From positions 214,401 through 278,400 of the forward strand of contig CAWAWS010000026.1 of the NCBI GenBank assembly GCA_963785725.1: a stretch of DNA of 64,000 nucleotides. Reading direction: 5' to 3'. The DNA comes from an uncultured delta proteobacterium (GTDB lineage: Bacteria > Myxococcota_A > Polyangia > Palsa-1104). The position numbers and the translations under genes are program-made. Positions within the stretch are counted from its first letter, which is position 1; every line of letters begins with the position of its first letter. This document shows, piece after piece, positions 19,915-29,371 of the stretch. Below the pieces are notes generated by a model, which was given only the letters and a program-made list of their open reading frames with translations, did no database searches and had not been told where the DNA came from.

Positions 19915-21201
19915 TTACGACTTCGTGTACACGCGCACGTAGTCGACGAGCATCGTCTGCGGGAACGACGTGCTGCCGTTCGGCGGGCCGGGCCAGTTGC
20001 CGCCCACGGCCACGTTCAACAGCACGTAGAACGGATGGTTGAAGACCCAAGGATTGCCGTTGGCGTCGGCCGGGCCGCGCGTCTCGAAGAGGTTGCCGTC
20101 GACGTACCAGCGGATTTGGCTCGTGTCCCACTCGACCGCGTAAATATGGAAGTCGTTGGCGAGGCTGCCGTTGTTCTGGTAGTAGCCCGTCGGACCGGCG
20201 GCGCCCGAGTAGCCGGGGCCGTGAATCGTGCCGTGGTTGAGCGAGAAGTCGATGACCGATTCCATGATGTCGATCTCGCCGCACGTCGGCCAGCCGACCG
20301 AGCCGATGTTCGAGCCGAGCATCCAGAACGCCGGCCAAATGCCCGCGCCCGACGGAATCTTGATGCGCGCTTCGATGCGGCCGTAGGTCTGCGTGAACTT
20401 GCCGTTGGTGTTGATGCGCCCCGAGGTGTAGTTGCTGCCGCCGTAGGACTCTTGCTTGGCGACGATCTGCAGGTTGCCGGCGCCGTCGACGAACACGTTG
20501 TCGGTGCGGCTCGTGTAGTACTCGAGCTCGTTGTTGCCCCAGCCGTTGTTGCCGGTCTCGAAGCTCCATTTGCTGCCGTCGATGGCGCCCTGGGCGCCGT
20601 TGAACTCGTCGCTCCAGGTCAGGGTCCAGCCGCTCGGCGGCGCGGTGCCGCCACCGCCGCCGCTGACCGTGCCGACGACGGCCGGGTTCCACAGCTGCGC
20701 GTTCGAGCCGTTGCAATCCCACAGCTGAACGACGGTGCCGTCGGCGGGATTGTCGCCGGCGACGTCGAGGCACTTGCCGCTGTTGGTGTTGACGAAGCTC
20801 GAGAAGCCGTTGATCGACCGCATGGTGAAGGTCTGCGCGCCCGAGCCGTTGCAATCCCAGAGCTGCACTTTGGTGCCGTTGGCGGTGCCCATGCCGTTGA
20901 CGTCGACACACTTGTTGGCGTTGGTGTTGACGAGGTTGTAGACGCCGTTGCCCACGCTCTGCAGGTCATACGACTGCGCGCCCGAGCCGTTGCACCACCA
21001 CTCTTGAATCTGCGTGCCGTCGGCGGTGCCGGACCCCGAAGCGTCCATGCACGCGCCCGGGTGGGCGAGCGTGCCGAAGTTGTAGATCGGATCCCCGACG
21101 GTCAACGTATTCGCTTCGCTGCCGCCCGGTCCTTGAACCTGACCCGCGCAGCCGGTGAAAACGGCGGAAAGAAACAGCACTGCTTGCGTCGATAGCTTCA
21201 T
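19915..21201 (-). CDS. Ricin B lectin plus GH16 beta-1,3-glucanase lipoprotein
   Basis: Lipobox FTGC; WSDEF, WPAFWMLG, catalytic EIDIME; GGAGGAG RBS. Confidence 0.93.
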   Translation of the reverse strand: MKLSTQAVLFLSAVFTGCAGQVQGPGGSEANTLTVGDPIYNFGTLAHPGACMDASGSGTADGTQIQEWWCNGSGAQSYDLQSVGNGVYNLVNTNANKCVDVNGMGTANGTKVQLWDCNGSGAQTFTMRSINGFSSFVNTNSGKCLDVAGDNPADGTVVQLWDCNGSNAQLWNPAVVGTVSGGGGGTAPPSGWTLTWSDEFNGAQGAIDGSKWSFETGNNGWGNNELEYYTSRTDNVFVDGAGNLQIVAKQESYGGSNYTSGRINTNGKFTQTYGRIEARIKIPSGAGIWPAFWMLGSNIGSVGWPTCGEIDIMESVIDFSLNHGTIHGPGYSGAAGPTGYYQNNGSLANDFHIYAVEWDTSQIRWYVDGNLFETRGPADANGNPWVFNHPFYVLLNVAVGGNWPGPPNGSTSFPQTMLVDYVRVYTKS

Positions 21202-21277
21202 GACTCCTCCTCGGAGGGACCTCGGACTTCGTCGGGACGTGCGCCCCGCGAAATCGTGCGAGCTCCAACTCCCGCGA

Positions 21278-21300
21278 TTGGATTGCAAAGGGCAATCCAA
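21278..21300. promoter_or_regulatory. Palindrome overlapping a sigma-54-like promoter of the GH16 gene
   Basis: TTGGATTGC-AAAGG-GCAATCCAA; the minus strand reads TGG-N10-GCA. Confidence 0.45.
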
Positions 21301-21502
21301 CGGCACGCGCCGGCTAAGCCACCGAACGCAATAGGGCCTGCGCGCGATTTGTGCGGAGTCGAGGCTCCAACTTGTCACGCCTGCGAGACGATTTGCGGTC
21401 GCGATCGGCGGTCGCTCCGCGCCACGATTCGCGGCCGATTTCGCGCGCACCGTTGGTGTCGCGGACGCGCGAATGCGGGGACGCGAGACGGCGCGGTCGG
21501 GA

Positions 21503-21988
21503 CTATTCGCTCGGCTTGCGCAGCCAGCCGCCGATGCTGGCGAGCGTGCCGGGCCCGCCGTCTTTGCCGACGCTGCGCGCGAGGTCGGCGATCGTCACGG
21601 CGGCGAGCGCGGCGCGCCACGCCTTGTCGGCCGAGTTCATGACGCGCGCGATGGCGCACGGTCGCGTGCAGGCCTCGGGCGGTGCCGCCAGCGGTCCGCG
21701 CTGACGAATCTCGGTGCACACGAACGCGGGACGGTCGCCGTCGAGCGCCTCGACCACGTCGAGGACCGTCATCGCAGCGGCGTCACGGCTGAGGACATAG
21801 CCGCCCGAGTGCCTGCCTTGCACGGAATGGACGAGCCCGGAGCGCGCCAGCTGCTGCAGATGCTTGGCGAGATAGCTTCCCGAGATGCCGTGCAGCTCGG
21901 CCAGCCGCGCGGCCGGCACCGGGTCGTCGGAGGTCGTGAGCACCACACAGCAATGCAGCGCCCACTCCACGCCTTCGGACAGTTTCAC
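21503..21988 (-). CDS. rsrR: Rrf2 family [2Fe-2S] redox sensor, RsrR type
   Basis: MKLSEGVEWALHCC...FVCTEIRQRGP...PCAIAR; E8, W9, H12 and two Cys positioned as in Streptomyces RsrR. Confidence 0.88.
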   Translation of the reverse strand: MKLSEGVEWALHCCVVLTTSDDPVPAARLAELHGISGSYLAKHLQQLARSGLVHSVQGRHSGGYVLSRDAAAMTVLDVVEALDGDRPAFVCTEIRQRGPLAAPPEACTRPCAIARVMNSADKAWRAALAAVTIADLARSVGKDGGPGTLASIGGWLRKPSE

Positions 21989-22077
21989 GGCTCGAATCTA
22001 CTTGATCTGGACGTTGGACAGCGCACCCGTCGCGCAGGACGAGCGACCCGTCGTCTCCTTTTGCAGCGAAGCGCCGG

Positions 22078-22824
22078 TTATCGCGCCGTCGCGAGCCAGT
22101 CTCGATAGCGCATGGGCGCCAGCTGCGCGCCGGGGCTCGCCGTGAGCACGTCGCCGGTGATGACCGCGAACATGCCGGCCTTGTCGTCGGTGATGATCAT
22201 CCGCGGGTCGTGGCGCGCGGCCAACGTCAGCCGGCCGAGCTCGTCGAGCGCGAAGACGTCGGGGCCGGCGACGTTGCGGATGCCCTGCAGCGGCGCTGCG
22301 GTCGCGACGTCGACGACCGCGTCGACCACGTCCACCGCGGCGATCGGCTGCAGCCGCGTGGCCGGCAAGCGAACGGACGTGTCGTCGGCGTTCCAGGACA
22401 AGACGGCGCTCATGAACTCGAAGAACTGCGTGGCGCGCACGATCGAATAGGGCGTCGGGCCGTCCCGCAGCAGCTCCTCCTGCAAAGTCTTGGCGCGGTA
22501 GTAGTCCAATTGCGGCACCCGATCGACGCCCACGATCGAGAGGATCACCTGGTGCCGCACCCCGGCCTCTTTCCCCGCCGCCAAGAGATTGTTCATCGAC
22601 GTGCGGAAGAAACCGAGCGACGCCTCGTCGAAGGTCGGCGAGTTCGCCAGATTCGCCACGACCTCGACGCCCTCGAGCGCCGCATCCAACCCCTTGCCCG
22701 AGATCAGGTCGACGCCGGTCGACAAGGACGCGGCGACGACCTCGTGTCCGGCCGCAGTCAGCTTCCGAGCCACTTGCGAGCCAATCAATCCGGTGCCGAT
22801 CACTGCAATCTTCATGGTCTTCAC
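22078..22824 (-). CDS. NmrA-like / atypical SDR NAD(P)-binding protein
   Basis: GTGLIG, SIVGVD, YYRAK, RATQFFEF. Confidence 0.88.
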   Translation of the reverse strand: MKTMKIAVIGTGLIGSQVARKLTAAGHEVVAASLSTGVDLISGKGLDAALEGVEVVANLANSPTFDEASLGFFRTSMNNLLAAGKEAGVRHQVILSIVGVDRVPQLDYYRAKTLQEELLRDGPTPYSIVRATQFFEFMSAVLSWNADDTSVRLPATRLQPIAAVDVVDAVVDVATAAPLQGIRNVAGPDVFALDELGRLTLAARHDPRMIITDDKAGMFAVITGDVLTASPGAQLAPMRYRDWLATAR

Positions 22825-22867
22825 CTCTCTACGGCCGCGATTGGGGCCGTTTCGTCGTCGCCTGTTT

Positions 22868-22892
22868 AACGTGGATATTCAATATCCGTGAT
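22868..22892. promoter_or_regulatory. Candidate RsrR operator (imperfect 11-3-11 inverted repeat)
   Basis: AACGTGGATAT-TCA-ATATCCGTGAT with perfect core GGATATT-C-AATATCC. Confidence 0.65.
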
Positions 22893-22972
22893 TATATTCA
22901 TCGTCAACCCCGAATCTTTGACGTACGCCATTCGTGCTGGTGCGCGCGCCGAGGCCGGCGAGCCGGGGTCGT

Positions 22973-22990
22973 CGTTGCGTAAACGCAACG
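22973..22990. promoter_or_regulatory. Candidate LysR box upstream of yceI-like gene
   Basis: CGTTGCGTAAACGCAACG palindrome; near copy at 23645. Confidence 0.6.
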
Positions 22991-23046
22991 CTGTGACGCG
23001 CATTCACCGGCTAGTGCGAGCCGTGCGAAGGCGGCATCTTGGCTCT

Positions 23047-23610
23047 ATGAAAACGAAGCGCAACGAGACGCCGAATACGCTGTGGACCCTCGATCCGCTC
23101 GACTCCACCGTCGGATTCGGGATTCGACACTTCCGGGTGGCGACGGTGCGCGGCGTGTTCCGCGAGGTGTCGGGAACCGTCCGCTACGATCCGGCGCGCC
23201 CCGAAGCGACCGAGATTCACGTCGACATTCCGACGGCGTCCATCGACACCCGCGTGCCGGCGCGCGACGAGCACCTGCGCGCCGCCGACATCTTCGACGC
23301 CGCGAGGTATCCGACGATCGCGTTCCGCTCGACCGGCGCGCGCGTCGACGCCGCCGGCGCGCTCGCGGTCATCGGCGACCTGACGATCCGCACGACGACG
23401 CGCGAGGTCGTGCTCGCCGTGTCCGACATCGCCGAGCGCCAGCGCGACCACCGCGGCCAGGTTCGCATCGGCGCCAGCGCCACGACGACGATCAAGCGCT
23501 CCGACTTCGGCGTCACCTACAACTTCGTCCTCGAAGCCGGCGGCTTGGCGATCGGAGACGACGTGTCGATCACGCTCGACGTCTCGCTCGTCGAAGGCGG
23601 CGTGCGCTGA
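23047..23610 (+). CDS. YceI family lipid/isoprenoid-binding protein
   Basis: WTLDP..STVGF.IRH, SIDT..RDEHLR..D.FD. Confidence 0.92.
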   Translation: MKTKRNETPNTLWTLDPLDSTVGFGIRHFRVATVRGVFREVSGTVRYDPARPEATEIHVDIPTASIDTRVPARDEHLRAADIFDAARYPTIAFRSTGARVDAAGALAVIGDLTIRTTTREVVLAVSDIAERQRDHRGQVRIGASATTTIKRSDFGVTYNFVLEAGGLAIGDDVSITLDVSLVEGGVR

Positions 23611-23644
23611 ACGCCCCGGCCCTGACGGTGACGCGACCGAGCGC

Positions 23645-23662
23645 CGTTGCGTTCGCGCAACG
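23645..23662. promoter_or_regulatory. Candidate LysR autoregulatory box
   Basis: CGTTGCGTTCGCGCAACG, 15/18 identical to the box at 22973. Confidence 0.6.
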
Positions 23663-23686
23663 AGGCGTGCTCTACATGATCGCAGC

Positions 23687-24634
23687 GTGGCCGAGCTCAA
23701 CTTGGACGACCTGGGCGTCTTCGTGCGTGTCGTCGATCGCGGCGGGTTCGCCCGCGCCGCGCGCGAGCTGGGGACGCCGACCTCGACCGTGAGCCGCGCC
23801 ATCGAGCGGCTCGAGGCGAGCTCCGGCGTTCGCCTGCTGCACCGCACCACGCGCGACATGCGACCGACGAGCGAAGGGCGCGACCTCTACGCGACGGCCG
23901 CGCCCGCCGTCGCCGCGCTGCGCGCCGCCGCCCTCGCCATCGAGCCGACCACGCGCAAGCCCAAGGGCCGCCTGCGTCTGAGCGCGCCCACCGAGCTGTG
24001 CACCGGCTTTTTGGCCGACGTGATCGTCGCGTTCATGGAGCGCCATCCGTTGGTACAGCTCGACTTCGTCTTGACCAATCGCCACCAAAACCTGGTCGAA
24101 GGCGGCTTCGACTTGGCCCTCCGCGTCGCCACCCGGCTCGACGACTCGTCGTTGGTGGCGCGAAAGCTGGGCGAGCTCGAGCTCGGCCTCTACGCGTCGC
24201 CGACATATCTCGCGCGCCACGGCAGCCCGGCGTCGGTCGCCGAGCTCGCGCGCCACGCCTGCGTGCTCTTTCGCGCCGCGGCGCTGGCGCGCACCTGGGC
24301 CTTGCGCGGCCCCGCCGAAGACGCCGGCGTCGCCGTCGACGTGCGCGGCCAGCTCGGCGGCGACGACATCTCGTTCGTCCGCGCGCTCGTCGGCGCCGGC
24401 GCCGGCATTGGGCTCTTGCCGCGCATCAACTGCGGCACGGACGAGGCCAGCGGTCGTCTCGTCCGCGTCCTGCCCGAGCTGCGCGCCCGCGGCGCCACGC
24501 TGTTCGTGGTCTATCCGTCGAAGAAGAACGTGCCCGCGCGCGTGACGGCGTTCTGCGACTTCGTGGCCGAGGCCTTCGCCGCCTCAGTGCGCGCCGCCGA
24601 GCCGTCCGGCGGTCGCACGCGCGGCCCACGTTAA
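23687..24634 (+). CDS. LysR family transcriptional regulator (CrgA-like)
   Basis: FARAARELG...VSRAIERLE...RLLHRTTR; FDLALR. Confidence 0.94.
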   Translation: MAELNLDDLGVFVRVVDRGGFARAARELGTPTSTVSRAIERLEASSGVRLLHRTTRDMRPTSEGRDLYATAAPAVAALRAAALAIEPTTRKPKGRLRLSAPTELCTGFLADVIVAFMERHPLVQLDFVLTNRHQNLVEGGFDLALRVATRLDDSSLVARKLGELELGLYASPTYLARHGSPASVAELARHACVLFRAAALARTWALRGPAEDAGVAVDVRGQLGGDDISFVRALVGAGAGIGLLPRINCGTDEASGRLVRVLPELRARGATLFVVYPSKKNVPARVTAFCDFVAEAFAASVRAAEPSGGRTRGPR

Positions 24635-24717
24635 GGCTACCCGCGCGCAGGTTCGCGGGAACGCACGTCGTCGAATGACCGGCCGGCGACGGAGAGCAGA
24701 CTAAACATCGACGCTTA

Positions 24718-24741
24718 TAGTTGACTGTCTGCTCATTCATT
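24718..24741. promoter_or_regulatory. Candidate TetR operator, copy 1
   Basis: TAGTTGACTGTCTGCTCATTCATT; 20/24 match to the reverse complement of 25348-25371. Confidence 0.6.
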
Positions 24742-24755
24742 GTCATGTTGGGAAC

Positions 24756-25320
24756 GTGGCGAGGCCGAAGAGCGAGGACAAGCGGAACGCGCTCATGGCC
24801 GCGGCGACTCGGGTGATCGTCGCGCAAGGGCTGAGCGCGCCGACGGCGATGATCGCGCAGGAGGCCGGCGTCGCCAATGGCTCGCTCTTCACCTACTTCG
24901 AGACCAAAGCCGAGCTGTTCAACGCGCTCTATCTCGAGCTCAAAGCGGGGATGGCGTCGGCGGCCCTGACGGGACTGCCGACGGGCGCCGACTTGCGGCA
25001 GCAGCTCTTTTTTGTCTGGTCGAAGTGGATGGCGTGGGCGGTGGCCAATCCCGACCAGCGGCGCGCGCTGGCGCAGCTCGGCGTGTCCGACGAGATCACG
25101 CCGGCGACGCGCGCCGCCGGTCACAAGACCATGGCCGGCATCGCCGAGCTCATGCAGCGCAGTCGCGCCCACGGTCCGATGCGCGACGCGCCGATGGCGT
25201 TCGTGGCGCGATCATGAACTCGCTGGCGGAGACGACGATGGACTTCATGGTCCAAGAGCCGGCCCACGCGGACGAGCATGCAAGGTCGGTTTCGAAGCGT
25301 TGTGGCGCGTACTGACCTGA
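24756..25320 (+). CDS. TetR family regulator; frameshifts near 25208 and 25279
   Basis: ARPKSEDKRNAL...IAQEAGVANGSLFTYFETK; C-terminal pieces IMNSLAETT and VGFEALWR in other frames. Confidence 0.85.
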
Positions 25321-25347
25321 TTTTAGTCTCTTTTTTTGGTCCTCAAT

Positions 25348-25371
25348 AATGACTGACTAGACAGACAACTA
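25348..25371. promoter_or_regulatory. Candidate TetR operator, copy 2
   Basis: AATGACTGACTAGACAGACAACTA immediately before the SDR RBS. Confidence 0.6.
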
Positions 25372-25385
25372 AGCGGGAGAGCAGC

Positions 25386-26311
25386 ATGGCGAAGGCTATC
25401 GGGGAGAATGGCAAGGCGTACATCGTGACGGGGCCGACGTCGGGCATCGGTCGCCGGACGGCGCTCGAGCTGGCCAAGCTGGGAACGGTCATCCTGGTCG
25501 GGCGCGATCGCGGCAAGCTCGACGAGCTGCGCCGGATCATCGAGAAAAAGGGGCAAGCGGCGCGGTCGGTCGTGTGCGACCTGTCGGATCTGGCGAGCGT
25601 GCGGCGCGCGGCGGCGGAGATCATCGCGCTCGCGCTTCCCATCGCCGGCCTCGTCAACAACGCGGGCATCATGCAGCTGCGCGCCACCAAGAACGCGCTC
25701 GGCTGGGACATGACGTTCGCGACCAATCACCTCGGCCCGTTCGCGCTGACCGAAGCGCTCGTGCCGCACCTGGCCGACGGCACGAACGTCGTCTTCGTCG
25801 TCTCGGCCGTCGAGGATCCCGAGCGCAGACCGGCCATGGCCGCCGGCTTCCGCGGCGCGCGCTACATCTCCGCCGAGGCGAGCGCGCGCGGCGAGTGGAA
25901 GCCCGGCGGCTCCACCGGACCGGGCATGGACGCCTACGCCACGTCGAAGCAGTGCAACCTCTCACCGCGATGGCGTTCGCGCGCGAGACGCCACGGCTGC
26001 GCTTCAACGCGGTCGAGCCCGGCTTCAACCCGGCCACCAGCCTCGGGCGCGACGCCAACGTCGTGGTGCGCGTCTTGTCGAAGACCCTGGTGCCGCTGCT
26101 CGTGCCGCTCCTCATGCCCTTCTTGAAGTTCATGAGCACCTCGAAGCGAGCTGGGCGCGTCATCGCGCAGATCCTGACCGACCCATCGGGTCGGACCGGG
26201 GTTTATTACGACGAAGGCGGCCAGCCTATGCCCGGCTCCGCGCTCGCGCGCGATCCGCAGCTCCAAGATCGCGTCGTCGCCGAGACGCGCGCGCTGTTGG
26301 CGACGATTTAG
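25386..26311 (+). CDS. SDR oxidoreductase (retinol dehydrogenase-like); frameshift near 25961
   Basis: TGPTSGIG, NNAG, NHLGPF, YATSK; continues as TAMAFARE...NAVEPG in a second frame. Confidence 0.88.
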
Positions 26312-26359
26312 ACTTGAGCGCAGCCGCGCCGTGCAAAGCTTCTGCACGGAGGTTCCGCC

Positions 26360-27778
26360 ATGGCGATCGAAGACTACGATCTCGTCATCCTCGGCAGCGG
26401 CGAAGGCTCGAAGTTCCTCGCCTGGGCGCAGGCCAAGAAAGGTCAGCGCGTCGCCGTGGTCGAGCGCAAGTACATCGGCGGGTCCTGTCCGAACATCGCG
26501 TGTCTACCGAGCAAGAGCGTCATCCACGCCGCCAAGGTGGTCTCGTACGTGCGGCGTGGCGTCGAGTTCGGCGTGCCGACGGGAATAGTGACCGTCGACA
26601 TGAAGGCGGTGCGCGAGCGCAAGCGCAAGATGGTGAGCGAGCTCGTCGCCATCCACCTCGAGAACTTCCGCAACAGCGGCGCCGAGCTGGTCATGGGCAG
26701 CGGGCGATTCGTCGGGCCGCGGACGCTGCAGGTGACGCTCAATGGCGGCGGCACGCGCCAGCTGCGCGGCGCCAACGTCGTCATCGGCACCGGCACCCAC
26801 GCCACCATCGGCGACATCCCCGGGCTGGCCGACGCGCGCCCGCTCACGCACATCGAGGCGCTCGAGCTGGACGTCGTGCCCGACCATTTGATCGTCCTCG
26901 GCGGTGGGTACGTCGGCCTCGAGCTGGCGCAGGCGATGCGGCGGCTCGGCAGTCGCGTCACCGTGATCGAGGCCAACGAGCGCTTGGTGGCGCGCGAGGA
27001 CGGGGACGTGCAAGAGGGGCTGCGCGCGCTCATGACCGACGAAGGCATCGACGTCGTCCTCGGCGCCAAGGTCACCGCCGTATCCGGGCAGTCGGGGACG
27101 TCGGTGCAGGTCCGGCTCGCGCAGGCGGGGACGAGCGCGGTGCCCGCCGTCATCGCGGGCACGCACCTGCTGGCGGCGACCGGGCGCACGCCGAACACGG
27201 TCGGCATCGGCCTCGACGTCGCCGGCGTCGAGCTGACGGAGCGCGGCTACGTCAAAGTGAACGAGAAGCTGCAGACGACGGCGCCGGGCGTGTGGGCGAT
27301 CGGCGAGTCGGCCGGCAGCCCGCAGTTCACGCACATCGGCTACGACGACTACCGCGTCATCCTCGCCCAGCTGTCCGGCGGCGAGCGGGTCACCACCGGC
27401 CGCTTGGTCCCCTACTGCTTGTTCACCGATCCCGAGCTCGCGCGCGTCGGGCTGAGCGAGAACGAGGCGCGCGCCGCCGGCCTCGCCTATCGCCTCTTCC
27501 GCATCCCGATGGCGGCCGATCTGCGGACGCGCACGCTCTCCGAGACGCGCGGGTTCATGAAGGCGCTCGTCGCCGAAGGCAGCGATCGCATCCTCGGGTT
27601 CACCGTCTTCGGCGTCGATGCCGGCGAGATCATGTCGGCGGTGCAGCTGGCGATGCTGGGCGGCTTGCCCTATACGGCCGTGCGCGACGCCATCATGACG
27701 CACCCGACGCTGATGGAGGGCCTGGTCGTGCTCTTCTCGTCGGCGCCGCGGGCCATCGCGGCGGGAGCGCGCTCGTGA
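26360..27778 (+). CDS. Class I pyridine nucleotide-disulfide oxidoreductase (RclA/MerA-like, no C-terminal Cys pair)
   Basis: GGSCPNIACLPSK redox disulfide, GGGYVGLE, HPTLMEG. Confidence 0.92.
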   Translation: MAIEDYDLVILGSGEGSKFLAWAQAKKGQRVAVVERKYIGGSCPNIACLPSKSVIHAAKVVSYVRRGVEFGVPTGIVTVDMKAVRERKRKMVSELVAIHLENFRNSGAELVMGSGRFVGPRTLQVTLNGGGTRQLRGANVVIGTGTHATIGDIPGLADARPLTHIEALELDVVPDHLIVLGGGYVGLELAQAMRRLGSRVTVIEANERLVAREDGDVQEGLRALMTDEGIDVVLGAKVTAVSGQSGTSVQVRLAQAGTSAVPAVIAGTHLLAATGRTPNTVGIGLDVAGVELTERGYVKVNEKLQTTAPGVWAIGESAGSPQFTHIGYDDYRVILAQLSGGERVTTGRLVPYCLFTDPELARVGLSENEARAAGLAYRLFRIPMAADLRTRTLSETRGFMKALVAEGSDRILGFTVFGVDAGEIMSAVQLAMLGGLPYTAVRDAIMTHPTLMEGLVVLFSSAPRAIAAGARS

Positions 27779-28371
27779 AGAGGGTCGCCGACGTCATTCC
27801 CGGTTACGCCTACGGAAGCGCCACGCTCACGACGTCGCCGGTCTCGCTGGAGGAGCTCGCGCAGCTCGAGATCACGGTCGGGCTGACCGCCGAGGAGGAA
27901 CGCTATCTGCGCCTCGCGGGCGAAGTGCTCACCGGGCAGACGCGGCCGATCGTCCTGCACTGGCGCAGCCAGATCATCGCGCAGATTCCGCACCTGGCGC
28001 GGCACTCACGCGCGCTCGACGGCAGCCCGCTGCCGGACTACCTCGCCGCCAGCAATTTGCGCTTCGAGCAGTGGATCCTCGATACGTGTCTGCGGCCCTA
28101 CGACCGCCAGTGGCTCGACTACCAGCACGAGATCGCGCTCCGACACACGAGCGCGAAGAAGAACCGCACCGATGGCGCGCCCTCGACGCCGTTCGTGCCG
28201 CTGCGCGACGTGCTGGGCTTCGTCGCCGTGCTCAACGATACGATTCGCCCCTATCTCGCGGCCAAAGGGCACGGGCCCGTCGAGGTCGAAGGCATGCATC
28301 GCGCCTGGTGCCGCTCGATTCAGCTGCAGGTGGCCTTGTGGGCCAAGTCGTATGCGGCCGGCGAGTGGTAG
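27775..28371 (+). CDS. Protoglobin
   Basis: IPGYAYG, RFEQWILDTC, WLDYQHEIALRH..KKN.TD, QVALW match the protoglobin family; GTGA overlap with the upstream gene. Confidence 0.92.
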   Translation: MKRVADVIPGYAYGSATLTTSPVSLEELAQLEITVGLTAEEERYLRLAGEVLTGQTRPIVLHWRSQIIAQIPHLARHSRALDGSPLPDYLAASNLRFEQWILDTCLRPYDRQWLDYQHEIALRHTSAKKNRTDGAPSTPFVPLRDVLGFVAVLNDTIRPYLAAKGHGPVEVEGMHRAWCRSIQLQVALWAKSYAAGEW

Positions 28372-28425
28372 CCGCCGCTGATAAGCTGTCGGTCTCGCGA
28401 CGCCTGCAAACGAAGATGGAGCGCC

Positions 28426-29282
28426 ATGTCTGAGCCGCTGAAGGCAGCCGAGGATACCGCCGTGCGCGTGGCCTTGTGGCGCGCCTTGCACGTCGAAGAT
28501 CGATCCGCCGCCGCATGTGTTCGAAGACCGCGTCGGCCTCGCGCTCGCCGCGCCCGACGACGGCTGGCGCAGCCGGCCGGACATGAGCCCGTTCACGCGG
28601 CCCTTCCGCGCGTCGATCTTGGCGCGCGCGCGCTTCATCGAGGATCTCGTCGCGGCCGCAGCCGCGCGTGGCGTCGGGCAGTACGTCATCCTCGGCGCGG
28701 GCCTGGACACGTTCGCGCAGCGTCGGCCGGAGCTCGCCTCGCGCCTGGTCGTGTTCGAGGTCGATCGGCCGGGCCCGCAAGCGTGGAAGCGCGAGCGGCT
28801 CGTCGAGCTCGGCTTCGGCATCCCGTCGTCTCTGCGGCTCGTGCCCGTCGACTTCGAGGCCGGCGACGCGTGGTGGGAGCGGCTGGCCGACGCCGGACTT
28901 CGACGCGCGGCGGCCGGCGATCGTCGCCTCCACCGGCGTCAGCATGTACCTGACGAAGGACGCGATCGCGGCCACGCTGCGCCAGGTCGCCGCGCTGGCG
29001 CCGGGCTCGACGTTCGCCATGTCGTTCATGCTGCCGATCGAGCTGGCCGACCCCGAGGTGCGTCCCGCCATCGAGCGAGCGGCGCAAGGCGCGCGCGCCA
29101 ACGGCACGCCCTTCATCAGCTTCTTCATGCCGGCCGAGCTGCTGGCGCTGGCCCGGCAAGCCGGCTTTCGCGACGTCCGGCACGTGTCGGCCGCCGCGCT
29201 CGCCGAGCGCTATTTCGCGGGCCGGACGGATGGTCTGCGTCCGCCGAGCAACTCGGAGGAGCTGCTGATCGCGACGACGTGA
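28426..29282 (+). CDS. Class I SAM-dependent methyltransferase (LCM family); frameshifts near 28500 and 28897
   Basis: TAVRVALWRA, RARFIED, QYVILGAGLDT, FEVD, GVSMYL across three frames. Confidence 0.88.
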
Positions 29283-29371
29283 TCGACCGCGCTCATTCGT
29301 CCCGTGCTCGCGCGCGCCGGTCCGTGCGCTGCGTCGACGACCGCGGCGCCGTGCGCGCTCATACTGCACGC

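Noticed and set aside
26360..27778. Mercuric reductase (merA) call
   Set aside because: No C-terminal Cys-Cys pair, no NmerA domain and no mer operon genes
25200..28900. Programmed ribosomal frameshifting
   Set aside because: No slippery heptamers at the shift points, and these families are not known to be recoded
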